Source: Promethearchaeota archaeon (lineage in GTDB: Archaea; Asgardarchaeota; Lokiarchaeia; Sigyniarchaeales; SOKP01). Taken from it: a stretch of DNA of 48,514 nucleotides. Below are positions 9,949 through 20,523 of this stretch, piece after piece (within the stretch, counting starts at the first letter, position 1; each line of letters starts with the position of its first letter). Location of the stretch: the NCBI GenBank assembly GCA_048937405.1, contig JBHLNF010000007.1:185436-233949 (forward strand), given 5' to 3'. The position numbers were made by a program, and so were the translations under genes. The notes beneath the pieces were generated by a model. It was given only the letters and a program-made list of their open reading frames with translations, had not been told where the DNA came from and searched no databases.

Positions 9949-11010
9949 CTAAATGGCTATCATAAAACTCATAATGAAGATTAGAAAAGCCATAAGAATA
10001 TCAAAAAAAATACGAAAAACTGTATCACCCTTAGAATCTTCATTTGTTTCATTAATTTTAAAATAAGATTTAAGCATATTGAAACCAGTGGAAACACTTT
10101 CTTTTATTTGAGAAAATTGCCAAATTAATAAGATGCCCCCTATGAACAACAATGGAAAATAAAGATAAAGAGTTAGCACTGAAAAATTTATATCATTGTT
10201 AAAACTCCAAATTGCATGAGCAGAGACAATGTTATTTAACATGTGGGCGAATATTACTGGAAGTATCCACATTTTTCTTAAAACAAATAAGGAAAGAACA
10301 ATTCCAATGATAAACGCTTGTAAAAACCATATTAAAGGATACCAGATAGGGTAGAACCTACTTATAGGATCAAGGAAATAAGCAAAATGTCCAAATCCAA
10401 AATAAAAAGCGGAGATCATTACAGCTGACATTCTAAAGAAATATTCACTCCCTCTTTTAGTTATTAAACCCCTTGTAATAGTCTCTTCAGAAACAGCTAC
10501 AGAAAAATGAATTATTAGAGCAGAAATTAAAAAAACAATGTAAGATGTCCCTGATGCTAAATAGATATCTGTGTTTGGTAAAGCATTGGATTGGTATTCA
10601 AGCATATTTGGCACAAGTAAATAACCAAAAAAATCCATAGGTAAAAAAATTAGAAAAAAAATCAATAGACCGTATAAAATTTGATATTTATAATTCTTTC
10701 GGGTCATTTTATACAATTTTAAGTGACCTTTTGCGGGAGAAATATCTTCTTGTAATATTATATTTCGTTTTTGAGGTTCAAATACGATATTAGAGATTAT
10801 TAAAATAAGTGGTACTCCAATAAATACAAATATTGCCTTTAAACTATAATTTAGTATACCGTAAAGGGGAGAAGATGTTCCAACTAACGTAGGAAGTAAT
10901 AAAGCAGGTATTAATAAAAAAATAAAAATTAGAACAAATCCCAAAGCAACTTCATGCAAAAAAAATCTAAATCTCTTAAGAGCAATTTCTTTCTTACTAT
11001 CTTGGAACAC
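9949..11010 (-). CDS. CPBP (Abi/CAAX type II) intramembrane metalloprotease
   Basis: Multiple hydrophobic helices with EETITRG (EExxxR), FGFGH (FxxxH) and HMLNN (HxxxN) motifs. Confidence 0.88.
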   Translation of the reverse strand: MFQDSKKEIALKRFRFFLHEVALGFVLIFIFLLIPALLLPTLVGTSSPLYGILNYSLKAIFVFIGVPLILIISNIVFEPQKRNIILQEDISPAKGHLKLYKMTRKNYKYQILYGLLIFFLIFLPMDFFGYLLVPNMLEYQSNALPNTDIYLASGTSYIVFLISALIIHFSVAVSEETITRGLITKRGSEYFFRMSAVMISAFYFGFGHFAYFLDPISRFYPIWYPLIWFLQAFIIGIVLSLFVLRKMWILPVIFAHMLNNIVSAHAIWSFNNDINFSVLTLYLYFPLLFIGGILLIWQFSQIKESVSTGFNMLKSYFKINETNEDSKGDTVFRIFFDILMAFLIFIMSFMIAI

Positions 11011-11069
11011 TTTTAATCACATTTATAATTTGAATAAAAAATTATTGAATCAAAAAATTATAAATTTTG

Positions 11070-12035
11070 TTATATGCTAATTTTAAAATTAGAAGTTATC
11101 TCTTCAATACTAGGAATACCATTTCTAGCTCCTAATTCTTGAATACATTTTCCTGCAATATAATTTCCAATCTCTACATTAAATTTTAGGTCTTCAAACT
11201 TAAAACAAAGATTTTTAATAAATCCATATATAAATCCAGCAGAAAATGCATCACCTGCTCCAGTTGTATCAATTATTTTCTTTACCTTAATAGTCTCGAT
11301 TAATTCAGCTTCTTCAGATGTTATCAGCCAAGCACCTTTTTTTCCCATAGTAATCACAATTACTTTAATCCCTAATTTGAATAGATTTGAAATTTTTTCT
11401 TCAATTATTTCTTTCTTTAATTTTTTTTCTTCAACTTGAAAGAGATAAAGAAATTCCCTTTCTGAAATAATCAATATATCTATATCACTTAATAATTCTT
11501 GAATAATTCCATATCCTTGTTCAATAACCAACATTCCCGGATTTAAAATTATTGGTATGTTATGTTTTTTTGCAATTTTAGCAGCTTTTTCGAAGGGTTC
11601 TAAATTTTTTAAACTACTTAAAAATATTATTTTTGCTCTAAGAATTTCTTCAGAATTAATATCCTTCGATGAAAGCAAATTTGCTGCTCCACTATATGCA
11701 TAAATCCTTCGATCTCCACTTCTATCTATAGCCACATACGCCAATCCTGTTGCGTCTTCTCGTGAGTACTTAATTAGAGTTGTATTAAGCGAAATTTCTT
11801 CGAAGTCTTTAATGATCTTATTTCCAAATTCATCTTTATATCCTATCTTTCCTATAAATGCGGTTTTTAATCCTAATAACTTACATACATAAGCAGTATT
11901 AGCTGCAGCTCCCCCAGACATTATCTGTAAATTTGGTACGAATACCTCATCATCTTCAATTGGATGTCTTTCGATTTTAGCGATTATATCAATAAGAGCT
12001 GCACCAATACATATTACATCAAAATCTTTTTTCAT
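11070..12035 (-). CDS. PfkB-family carbohydrate/nucleoside kinase
   Basis: GGAAANTA, IGKIG.KDEFG, ITMGKKGA, DTTGAGDAFSAGF signature. Confidence 0.92.
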   Translation of the reverse strand: MKKDFDVICIGAALIDIIAKIERHPIEDDEVFVPNLQIMSGGAAANTAYVCKLLGLKTAFIGKIGYKDEFGNKIIKDFEEISLNTTLIKYSREDATGLAYVAIDRSGDRRIYAYSGAANLLSSKDINSEEILRAKIIFLSSLKNLEPFEKAAKIAKKHNIPIILNPGMLVIEQGYGIIQELLSDIDILIISEREFLYLFQVEEKKLKKEIIEEKISNLFKLGIKVIVITMGKKGAWLITSEEAELIETIKVKKIIDTTGAGDAFSAGFIYGFIKNLCFKFEDLKFNVEIGNYIAGKCIQELGARNGIPSIEEITSNFKISI

Positions 12036-12047
12036 TAAATAATCTCC

Positions 12048-13229
12048 TTAATCGTAAGTAAAAGAACCAACTTCAGATTTAAGATATAATATGTTTTTAC
12101 CCTTTATTGGAGACTTTTCGCAATATCCAATTATCTTTGAATCAATATTATATTTTTTGGCGATTTTTATAATTTCTGAGGAAAATGATTCATCACATAA
12201 TATTTCTATCCTATGCCCCATATTAAAAACACTATACATCTCCTTCCATTGAGTTGCTGATGAGCTTTGAATTAATTTAAATATATTTGGAATGCTGAAT
12301 AGATTATTCTTTACATATTTTATCCCTTTTCCAAATTTTAGGATTTTGGTTTGACCTCCTCCAGTATTATGAATAATAGCATGAATTTCATTTCTATAAT
12401 CTTTTAAAATATCTTTTATAACTGGAGCATATGTTCTTGTGGGTGATAATAACGCTTTTCCAATAGTTAGATTAGCTTCATCAATCAAATCTGTTAATTT
12501 ATATTTACCAAAAAAAACAAGATTCTCATCGAGGTTTTGATCATAACATTCTGGATATTTTTTATAATATTCATGTGAAAGTATCCCATGCCTTGCTAAT
12601 GTTAATCCATTACTCCCAATCCCACTATTAAATTCATCTTCATAAGATGCTTTTCCAGAACTAGCTAGACCAATTATAATATCAGTAGATTTAATATTAC
12701 TTGCATCAATAACATCTTTTCTTTTTAATCTAGAAAATACGGATGCAAATATAGATATGGTTTTGACTAAATCGCCAATATCTTCAGTTTCACCTCCACA
12801 AGTAATAATATTTAAACCAAATTCCGAAAATTTTTTGCTAAATGACTCATACTCTTTGATAATAGTGGATATTATTTCTCCAGATATAATATTCGCATTT
12901 CTTGTTATGGTATTAGATAAAAAGAGATCCCCTGTTGCACCAATACATAATACATCATCAATATTCATCACAATGGCATCCTGAACTATTCCCTTAAATG
13001 CACCTATATCTCCTGTTTCTTTATAGTACATATATGCTAAACTTGATTTTGTTCCCGCTCCATCTTCATGAAACACTGAACAATAATCCTTATCTCCTGC
13101 AATATCTTTTACTATTTTGCAAAATGCTCCTGGGAATAAACCTTTATTTATAGATTCTATAGCTAAATGAACATCTTCCTTTTTAGAGGAAACACCTAAT
13201 TTTTTGTATATATTATTATTTTCAACCAT
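12048..13229 (-). CDS. purM: Phosphoribosylformylglycinamidine cyclo-ligase (AIR synthase), long form
   Basis: DGAGTKS, MNIDD, GGETED, GLASSG, SNGLTLARH, LLSPTRTY, HNTGGG, FNMGHR; directly downstream of purB. Confidence 0.9.
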   Translation of the reverse strand: MVENNNIYKKLGVSSKKEDVHLAIESINKGLFPGAFCKIVKDIAGDKDYCSVFHEDGAGTKSSLAYMYYKETGDIGAFKGIVQDAIVMNIDDVLCIGATGDLFLSNTITRNANIISGEIISTIIKEYESFSKKFSEFGLNIITCGGETEDIGDLVKTISIFASVFSRLKRKDVIDASNIKSTDIIIGLASSGKASYEDEFNSGIGSNGLTLARHGILSHEYYKKYPECYDQNLDENLVFFGKYKLTDLIDEANLTIGKALLSPTRTYAPVIKDILKDYRNEIHAIIHNTGGGQTKILKFGKGIKYVKNNLFSIPNIFKLIQSSSATQWKEMYSVFNMGHRIEILCDESFSSEIIKIAKKYNIDSKIIGYCEKSPIKGKNILYLKSEVGSFTYD

Positions 13230-13240
13230 TTTATTAAAAT

Positions 13241-14599
13241 TCAGATTTTATATTTATCTTTTAAAAACAATATTAAATTCTCAACTTGTTCAACAGCTTG
13301 ACCAATATATTGATGTGGATCGAAAATATCATCCAATTCTGCTTTTGTGAATTTTTCTTTAATTTGATTATTTTTAATTAGAATATCCTTCAAGTATAAA
13401 TCTTTATTTCTAGCTTCTATTGAGGCTTGTCGCAGGATTTCATGCCCTTCTTGTCTTCCAATCCCCTTTTTTACTAATTGAACCATAAATTTTTCACTAA
13501 GACACGCACCTTTAGTGAGATTTAAGTTTTCCTCAATTTTTTTTTCATTGAATTCAAGCCCTATTAAATTTTCAGTTAATTGTTTAACCATATAATCTAA
13601 TAGAATGAAATTTTCAGCAAAAATAATTCTCTCAGAAGCAGAATTAGTTAAATCTCTTTCATCCTCCAAAATAATATTATCTAAAGCCACTAATACGTTA
13701 GATTTTAGAATTCTAGCTAAACTACATATCCGTTCTGACTTATGAGGGTTCCTTTTATGTGGCATTGTAGAGCTTCCCACTTGCTTTTTTTTAAATGGTT
13801 CAAATATTTCCGCAATTTCATTTCTCTGAAGAATTCTATTTTCTCTGGCAACTTTCGCTAATGTCTGACCAATTAAAGAAGTTAAAAAGATAACTTCCGC
13901 ATGTCTATCTCTTTGGATAATTTGATTTGCAATTAGAACAGGATTTAAATCTAGTTTATTCATCACCCTTTTTTGAATTTCTATTCCTTTGGCTTCAAAA
14001 CTAGCCATTGTTCCTACAGCACCAGAGATTTTACCAAAAGATATCCGATTGATAATTTCAGAAATACGATCTAAATGTCTGTTTATTTCATAAGCCCATA
14101 CTCCAAATCTCATTCCATAAGTAGTAGGAATTGCATGTTGACCATGAGTTCTTCCAATACATACTAAATTTTTCTTCTCTTCCGTAATTTTTAAGAGTTT
14201 TTTTAATAAATCTAATAGAGCTTCTCTTAAGTAATTTAAAGCTTCTTTTAGTTGTAGAGCAATTGCAGTATCTTCAATATCATAACTGGTTGCGCCAAGA
14301 TGAATATATTTACCAGCATCTCCTTCACATTGCTCTGCCAATGCCTTCACCATTGCCATTAAATCATGATGTATCTCTTTATCGATTTCCTTCACTCTCT
14401 CTAATTTTACATGAAATAAATTTGCTTTTTTCTTTATTTCTCTAGCGGCTTCATTAGGAATGTTATTTAATTCTGCATGAACCTCTGCTAAAACACCCTC
14501 TACCTTTAACCAATTCTCTAACTTTTTTTCTTCTGTGAAAATATTTGCTATTTCCGTTCGATACCTTGTTTCTATTGGATGAATAAATTTATGATCCAT
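13241..14599 (-). CDS. purB: Adenylosuccinate lyase
   Basis: HHDLMA, IHLGATSYDI.DT, GRTHGQHA.PTTYG, fumarase-family signature GSSTMPHKRNP. Confidence 0.96.
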   Translation of the reverse strand: MDHKFIHPIETRYRTEIANIFTEEKKLENWLKVEGVLAEVHAELNNIPNEAAREIKKKANLFHVKLERVKEIDKEIHHDLMAMVKALAEQCEGDAGKYIHLGATSYDIEDTAIALQLKEALNYLREALLDLLKKLLKITEEKKNLVCIGRTHGQHAIPTTYGMRFGVWAYEINRHLDRISEIINRISFGKISGAVGTMASFEAKGIEIQKRVMNKLDLNPVLIANQIIQRDRHAEVIFLTSLIGQTLAKVARENRILQRNEIAEIFEPFKKKQVGSSTMPHKRNPHKSERICSLARILKSNVLVALDNIILEDERDLTNSASERIIFAENFILLDYMVKQLTENLIGLEFNEKKIEENLNLTKGACLSEKFMVQLVKKGIGRQEGHEILRQASIEARNKDLYLKDILIKNNQIKEKFTKAELDDIFDPHQYIGQAVEQVENLILFLKDKYKI

Positions 14600-14758
14600 A
14601 TTTCTTCCCTTTTTTTATTTTATCCCAATTAAAGTAATGAATGGTCCCAAAATATATCTTATTTTATTGAAGATATTAATCATAAAATATTTTATAGTAT
14701 AAATTAGAAAATTTTTAAGCTGTAATGAATAAATGAAATGCTATTAATGTAAAGTAAT

Positions 14759-14956
14759 ATGAATAGTGCTAAGAAATTTTTTTTCTTTCGGTGTACTTTT
14801 TGCGGAGAGTGGTATTATTCGAATAGAATTATAAAATTAAAAAAATGTTGGAAATGTAATCGTTCATTTTTGTTCAACAATTCAACTAAATTTACTCGAA
14901 TGTGCTCAATTAAGGATGCTATTTTAATAGTTAAGAAATTGAAAATCAGTAATTAA
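14759..14956 (+). CDS. Small zinc-ribbon protein (DUF1922-like)
   Basis: FRCTFCGEWYY...KKCWKCNRSF: two CxxC knuckles in a 65-aa ORF. Confidence 0.65.
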   Translation: MNSAKKFFFFRCTFCGEWYYSNRIIKLKKCWKCNRSFLFNNSTKFTRMCSIKDAILIVKKLKISN

Positions 14957-15104
14957 AGCTAACTTTTTATACTAATCATTCAAATTAAGAATTTAATTAA
15001 AAAAGAAAGATATTTAAGCAATTCTTCTCTTTTTTTGATGAGAAATAGATAATCATAATACCCAAACTACTTTATAGTTATATTTTAACCTTTTTACGAG
15101 AAAA

Positions 15105-16556
15105 ATGGAAATTTTAGACGAATTAAAAAAAATTGATGAATCCTTAATTAAACAATTAAATCAGATTGCAAGAGAAAAAATTGAATATTGGGATATTAGA
15201 GCTGAAGTAAACAATGGAACAAGGATAGATTTTACTGATCAAAAGAGTAAAGCAATTTCTTCTTTTGAGATTAACGACTGTGGAATTCGAACCTTCAAAA
15301 ATGGAGGTTGGGGTTTTTCAGTTCTAAGAGATTTGAATAGAGAATCCATTAAAATAGGATTTCAAAAAGCTGTTAAATTAGCGTGTCTTTCAGAATCGCT
15401 AAGCAAAGTAAAATTTAAAATTAATCAAACTGATCCAATAAAACAAAAATTCAAGAATAATCAAAAGAAGAAATTAGAAGAGATAGATATTGAAGATAAA
15501 ATAAATCTTGTAAAAGAACATGAAAAAATAGCCTCGGATTATTCTTCACATGTGAAAAATACTCATACTATTTATCTTGATGGTCATTCTCAAAATTTAT
15601 TTTTGAACTCTTTTGGGAGTAATATTATTCAAGATTTATCATTTCTTCGCTTATTTTGTATGGTTTTTACACAAAAAAATGGGATAATTGAAAATTCACT
15701 GAATTCTGTTGCCGGAATTGGTGGATATGAAATTGCTGAGACAGAAAAAGCGATTAATTTAAGTAAGAAATCTGCTAAAGAAGCAGTAGCCTTATTAGAT
15801 GCAAAATCTCCTGTTGGTGGTAAATTTACTATTATCGCAGATTCTACACTGACTGGAACTATAATTCATGAAGCTTTTGGGCATGCATGCGAAGCCGATC
15901 ACGTGCTAAATAATGAAAGTATATTAAAAGATATGATCGGTAAAAATGTTGCATCAGAAAACGTTACTATAATTGATGATCCAACTATGGGTCAAGGAAA
16001 TCAATTTAATTTACCATATGAGTTATTTGGTAGTTACTTTATAGATGATGAGGGAATTCCATCGCAAAAAACTATAATTATTGAAAATGGAATTCTAAGA
16101 AATTATATTCATAATATAGAGACATCATCTAGAATGAATGTTCCTCCAAATGGCCATGGTAGAGCTTCTAGCAGTTCTGAAAGACCTCAAGTACGTATGG
16201 GTTTCACATTTTTAGAACCAAAAGATTGGAATTTAGGTGAAATAATTGAGGATACAAAGGATGGTATCCTATGCGAAGACTTCAAATATGGGTATACTGA
16301 TCCTACAACAGGAAACTTCCAATTTAAATGTAAATTTTCATTTCGAATCAAAAATGGTGAAAAAAAGGAGATCATGAGAGACGTTTCTCTAAGTGGGATG
16401 ATTCTCGAAGCTTTAAATAAAATATCCGCAATTGGAGATAAAAAATCATTTTATTACTCTATTGGTATGTGTGGAAAAGGTGGGCAGAGTGTTAGAGTGT
16501 GTGATGGAGCACCTTATATACGTCTCGAAAATGTAACTGTTGGAGGTCAAGATTAA
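15105..16556 (+). CDS. tldD: TldD-family metalloprotease, catalytic subunit
   Basis: HEAFGH.CEAD zinc motif, IIDDPT, IDDEG, NGHGR, C-terminal MCGKGGQ.V.V.DGAP. Confidence 0.92.
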   Translation: MEILDELKKIDESLIKQLNQIAREKIEYWDIRAEVNNGTRIDFTDQKSKAISSFEINDCGIRTFKNGGWGFSVLRDLNRESIKIGFQKAVKLACLSESLSKVKFKINQTDPIKQKFKNNQKKKLEEIDIEDKINLVKEHEKIASDYSSHVKNTHTIYLDGHSQNLFLNSFGSNIIQDLSFLRLFCMVFTQKNGIIENSLNSVAGIGGYEIAETEKAINLSKKSAKEAVALLDAKSPVGGKFTIIADSTLTGTIIHEAFGHACEADHVLNNESILKDMIGKNVASENVTIIDDPTMGQGNQFNLPYELFGSYFIDDEGIPSQKTIIIENGILRNYIHNIETSSRMNVPPNGHGRASSSSERPQVRMGFTFLEPKDWNLGEIIEDTKDGILCEDFKYGYTDPTTGNFQFKCKFSFRIKNGEKKEIMRDVSLSGMILEALNKISAIGDKKSFYYSIGMCGKGGQSVRVCDGAPYIRLENVTVGGQD

Positions 16557-17930
16557 ATGAATAATATAGACATTCATTCCTTAGCCCATTATTGTTTAAA
16601 TCTAATTGAACTTAGGAACTCAGAGATAAAATGTGCGGACCTCTACTTTGAGAAAAATAAATACATTAATATTGAAATTGAAGAAAATTCGATTAAAAAT
16701 AATGAAGTTGGAGAAGATAATGGTTTTTCAATTAGAGTAATAAATAAAAATGGAGCTCTTGGTTTTACATATGCTAACAAATTAGACAGAAAAACTATCG
16801 AAAAGATTTCTAAAACCGCTATTAAAATGATGAAAGTAGGTACTCCAGATCCCGATTTTAAGAATTTACCAAGTGTCTTTAATAATTATCCTGTCGTCGA
16901 GGATTTATTTGATAAAAATTTAAAAAATTTAGAAATAGAGGACTCTCTGAATATCGTTAACCAAATAATTAAAATTTGCGATAATGACGAAATGGCAATT
17001 TCCCAATCTGGGAATTTTTCATCAGTTTACTCAAAAACATATATATTTAATACTAATGGATTAACAACCTTAAAAAAAGAAACAAGTTGCTCAATCTATT
17101 CTAATATTATCGTTAAGGATAAAATGGGGAATGAAACATCTTCTGGATATGAAAGGCAAGTTGAAAGAAGTCTTAATAAAATAAATTCCACAAATGTCGC
17201 AAATTTAGCTCTAGAAGATGCTAAACGAAATCTTAATAGGAAAAAGATAAGAAGCATGAAAGTACCAGTACTTTTAACCCCAAAAGGTACAATTAGTCTA
17301 ATCTTAAGGTCTCTTGCTGCCGCTGTGAATGCAGAAACTTTTCAATATAAACGAGGATTCCTTGTAGGTAAAAGAGGAAAAATTATAGGGTCAAAACTTT
17401 TAAATATTGAAGATAATGGGCTCATTGATGGCGCTCCAGGATCTCAAATATTTGATGATGAAGGGGTACCCTGTAAGAATAAAAAGATCATAGAAATGGG
17501 TAAATTCCTTAAAACAGGTTTATTACATAATAGTTATACCGCCGGAAAGGATGGAGTTGAAAGCTCAGGAAATGCTTCTAGAAGCTCTTATTCTTCAATA
17601 CCATCAATTGGAATAACTAATTTCATAATGAAACCAGGAGATATGGCACTTAAAGAGATAATTAAAGATATTAAGGATGGTATTATGCTAGATTATACGG
17701 GAGATTCTGTAAATTTATCGACAGGGGATTTTAGTGGCTTAATATTACGTGGAAATTTTATTAATAATGGAGAAATTAGGTATCCATTGAATGAAACAAT
17801 GATTGGTATAAACATAATGGATTTATTTAAAAAGATTGATGCCGTTTCAAAAGAGTATAAGGTTTATGGAGCATTTCAAGCTCCTTATGTAAGAATAGAA
17901 TCAGCAAACATCATAGGGGGCGCTAATTAG
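16557..17930 (+). CDS. pmbA: PmbA/TldE-family partner subunit
   Basis: Abuts tldD. FDDEGVP, SSGNASR, TGDFS, INNGEI..P motifs; no HExxH. Confidence 0.88.
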   Translation: MNNIDIHSLAHYCLNLIELRNSEIKCADLYFEKNKYINIEIEENSIKNNEVGEDNGFSIRVINKNGALGFTYANKLDRKTIEKISKTAIKMMKVGTPDPDFKNLPSVFNNYPVVEDLFDKNLKNLEIEDSLNIVNQIIKICDNDEMAISQSGNFSSVYSKTYIFNTNGLTTLKKETSCSIYSNIIVKDKMGNETSSGYERQVERSLNKINSTNVANLALEDAKRNLNRKKIRSMKVPVLLTPKGTISLILRSLAAAVNAETFQYKRGFLVGKRGKIIGSKLLNIEDNGLIDGAPGSQIFDDEGVPCKNKKIIEMGKFLKTGLLHNSYTAGKDGVESSGNASRSSYSSIPSIGITNFIMKPGDMALKEIIKDIKDGIMLDYTGDSVNLSTGDFSGLILRGNFINNGEIRYPLNETMIGINIMDLFKKIDAVSKEYKVYGAFQAPYVRIESANIIGGAN

Positions 17931-18445
17931 GTAGTAATATTTAATCGTAAATATACTACATTATAAAATTCTTCAACCTCATTCTTTATTTGCCATAATT
18001 CAGCAATGATTATTTGATTTTCTCCAACATCCGAAAAACTAATGTTATAACCACCATATATTCTTTCAATATTATTTTCTAAGGTAAAGTCTCCCACTGT
18101 AAGATATAATGTTCCATTCGAAGGAAATGAACCAATAACAGTATCATTATTGCCTTTTAATATTTTGAATCTGAATTCGAATTCTCTTTTTAAATAATTT
18201 CCAATAGACAAATAAAATGTGATAGTCTCATTAATAGATGCTTCAGTCGGATATCCTTCTGCATCTTGGTCTTCATCTAAAATTCCAAATGTTATATAAC
18301 CAGGTTCAGGAGTTAAGATATAATAAATAATAAAGCCTGAAACAATAACGATTCCAATGATAAGACAGATTTTTAGTAATTTTTCAAAAATTTTATTACT
18401 CTCAGTTAAATCGTTTTTTCTATTCTTTTTATTATTTTCATTCAT
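17927..18445 (-). CDS. DUF1616-like membrane-anchored protein
   Basis: One N-terminal TM helix followed by F.ILDEDQDAEGYPT....NETI.FYL.IGN. ATG at 18445 overlaps the end of the upstream gene and is preferred over the TTG at 18463. Confidence 0.65.
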   Translation of the reverse strand: MNENNKKNRKNDLTESNKIFEKLLKICLIIGIVIVSGFIIYYILTPEPGYITFGILDEDQDAEGYPTEASINETITFYLSIGNYLKREFEFRFKILKGNNDTVIGSFPSNGTLYLTVGDFTLENNIERIYGGYNISFSDVGENQIIIAELWQIKNEVEEFYNVVYLRLNITT

Positions 18446-19499
18446 TATTTTTAAACCAAGCAATAGTCTTTTTTAGACACTCTTCTAATGATGTTGTTGG
18501 CTCCCAATTTAGAATTTTTTTTGCTTTATTTAAATCTGCACATCTATATAAAGGATCATCAATAGGCAATGGTTTAAAGACTATTTTCGAATTGGAATTA
18601 GTTAAATCTTTTATAAGTTTTGCTAACTCTAATATAGTAAATTCCTTATCATTACCTAAGTTAATTACTTCTCCAATTGCTTTATCTTCATGTACCATTT
18701 TAAGTAAACCCTCGATTTCATCAACTACATATATAAATGATCTAGTCTGGGATCCATCTCCAAATACTGTTATATCCTCATTATTTAAAGCTTGATGTAT
18801 GAAGTTAGGAACAACTCTTCCAAATTCCGGACCATATCGTATCCTTGGCCCTGAAGTGTTAAATATCCTTACAATTTTCGCTCTCATCTTATGTTGGAGT
18901 TCATAAGCCTTAATAAACGCTTCCCCTGCTCTCTTAGATTCATCATAACAACTACGAGGTCCAACGGGATTTACATGTCCAAAATAACTTTCCGGGGTCG
19001 GAATAGCTTCTTTTGGTGGATTTCCATAGATTTCAGAAGTGCTTGTATAAAAGAAAATTGCATTGTGGAATTTTGCAATTCCCAGAGTATTTAATGTTCC
19101 TAGTGTATTACTTCTAAGAATTGAGATTGGCTCTTGCTTAAATTCAAATGGAGATGCTCTACTTGCCATATGCATTACAATGTCAATTTTTTTAATATCA
19201 GCAATACATATTCCTAAGGGATGGAATGAAAAACCAAAGTAAATAGGATAAGAAATATCGTGATTTATAAAGCGAAAATTATCCTTTTCCATGAGATGGT
19301 GAATATTTTCAGGACGTCCCGAGGATAAATTATCTAAACATATGCAATATGCTCCCTGTGCAACCAAAACATCACATATCCAAGATCCTAGAAAACCAGC
19401 ACCACCAGTAACTAAAATGGTTTTACCTTCAAATGAAATATTCTCTTTTTTAAGCCTACTTATTATTTCTTGAATGTCCTCGTTTATGTTATAGTTCAA
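18438..19499 (-). CDS. UDP-glucuronate decarboxylase-like NAD-dependent epimerase/dehydratase
   Basis: LVTGGAGFLGS, MASRASP, TSTSEIYG, GPRSCYDESKR (YxxxK), GRVVPNFI.QAL, GDGSQTRSF.YV.D. Confidence 0.9.
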   Translation of the reverse strand: MNYNINEDIQEIISRLKKENISFEGKTILVTGGAGFLGSWICDVLVAQGAYCICLDNLSSGRPENIHHLMEKDNFRFINHDISYPIYFGFSFHPLGICIADIKKIDIVMHMASRASPFEFKQEPISILRSNTLGTLNTLGIAKFHNAIFFYTSTSEIYGNPPKEAIPTPESYFGHVNPVGPRSCYDESKRAGEAFIKAYELQHKMRAKIVRIFNTSGPRIRYGPEFGRVVPNFIHQALNNEDITVFGDGSQTRSFIYVVDEIEGLLKMVHEDKAIGEVINLGNDKEFTILELAKLIKDLTNSNSKIVFKPLPIDDPLYRCADLNKAKKILNWEPTTSLEECLKKTIAWFKNNE

Positions 19500-19801
19500 T
19501 TTTTATTACCTTCTTACATATTAATATACTTGTTTTTATTTATTGTAGTAAATAAATTTTTCTTTAAGAAAAAAGCAGATCTATCAAATCTAATTTAGAT
19601 AATAAGACTCAATAAGCTTATTTTTAAGGTTGAGGTTGGATCAATAATTTTTAAGGTTAAAAAAAGTACAGAATTTTTGGAGTGAAAAAAGTGTTAAATT
19701 TTTTAATCACATATAAAATTTAGTAATTCTAAATAAGAATATGGATATCACATTAATATAAGATTAATTTGTTTTGAGTTTTAGGAATTTATTTAAAAGG
19801 T

Positions 19802-20386
19802 TTAAGACGTTTTCGCACCACAATATTGACAAAATTTTAATTCTTGTGGATACATCTTTCCACAATTAGGACATTTCTTTAGAGAATTTTTAAGAATTTC
19901 TCTTCCTAACATTTCAAAAGCTTTCTCAACATTTTCACCTGTTTTAGAAGAAGTACTAAGCATTTCGCCAGAAAATTTATATTTTTTAAATATATTTAAA
20001 GCATCTTCTCTCTTTACTTTTCGTTTTAAATCAATTTTAGCCTCGATTAATATCTTTGTTTTAGGTGGATTAGGAACAGAGGAAATAACATTAATCCAAT
20101 CATGAAGATCATTTAGAGATTCTTTATTAGTTATATCGTATAGCATTAAAGCACCAGAAGCGCCAGAAACATAAGAAGGGAAGAGGAGACGAAACTTTTT
20201 CTCTCCAGCAAAATCCCAGATATTCAGAAGTATTTCTGTATCATCAACAATTACTTTTTTAGTTTCAAAATCGACACCAATCGTAGATAATGTAGATTTT
20301 TCGAATTTCCCTGTAGCAAAACGACGAAGTAAACTAGTCTTTCCAACATTTTTAGCCCCAGCAACAACCACTTTAAATTTTATCAT
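19802..20386 (-). CDS. Rab-like small GTPase with C-terminal zinc ribbon
   Basis: G1 GAKNVGKTS, G2/RabF1 STIGVDF, G3 IWDFAGE, G4 AKID, G5 TSSKTG.NV..AF; C-terminal CPNCG...FCQYCG. Confidence 0.9.
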   Translation of the reverse strand: MIKFKVVVAGAKNVGKTSLLRRFATGKFEKSTLSTIGVDFETKKVIVDDTEILLNIWDFAGEKKFRLLFPSYVSGASGALMLYDITNKESLNDLHDWINVISSVPNPPKTKILIEAKIDLKRKVKREDALNIFKKYKFSGEMLSTSSKTGENVEKAFEMLGREILKNSLKKCPNCGKMYPQELKFCQYCGAKTS

Positions 20387-20523
20387 TACTCTCTTTGCTC
20401 AGCTTATTTTTAACCTAGTTTCTTTACTCAATAAAAAAAACACTATTACTTTAAATTAATATTGAAGTTATAAAAAATATATTTATTGTTTTAATAATTT
20501 GGAGATATTGTCAATTCCCAGAT

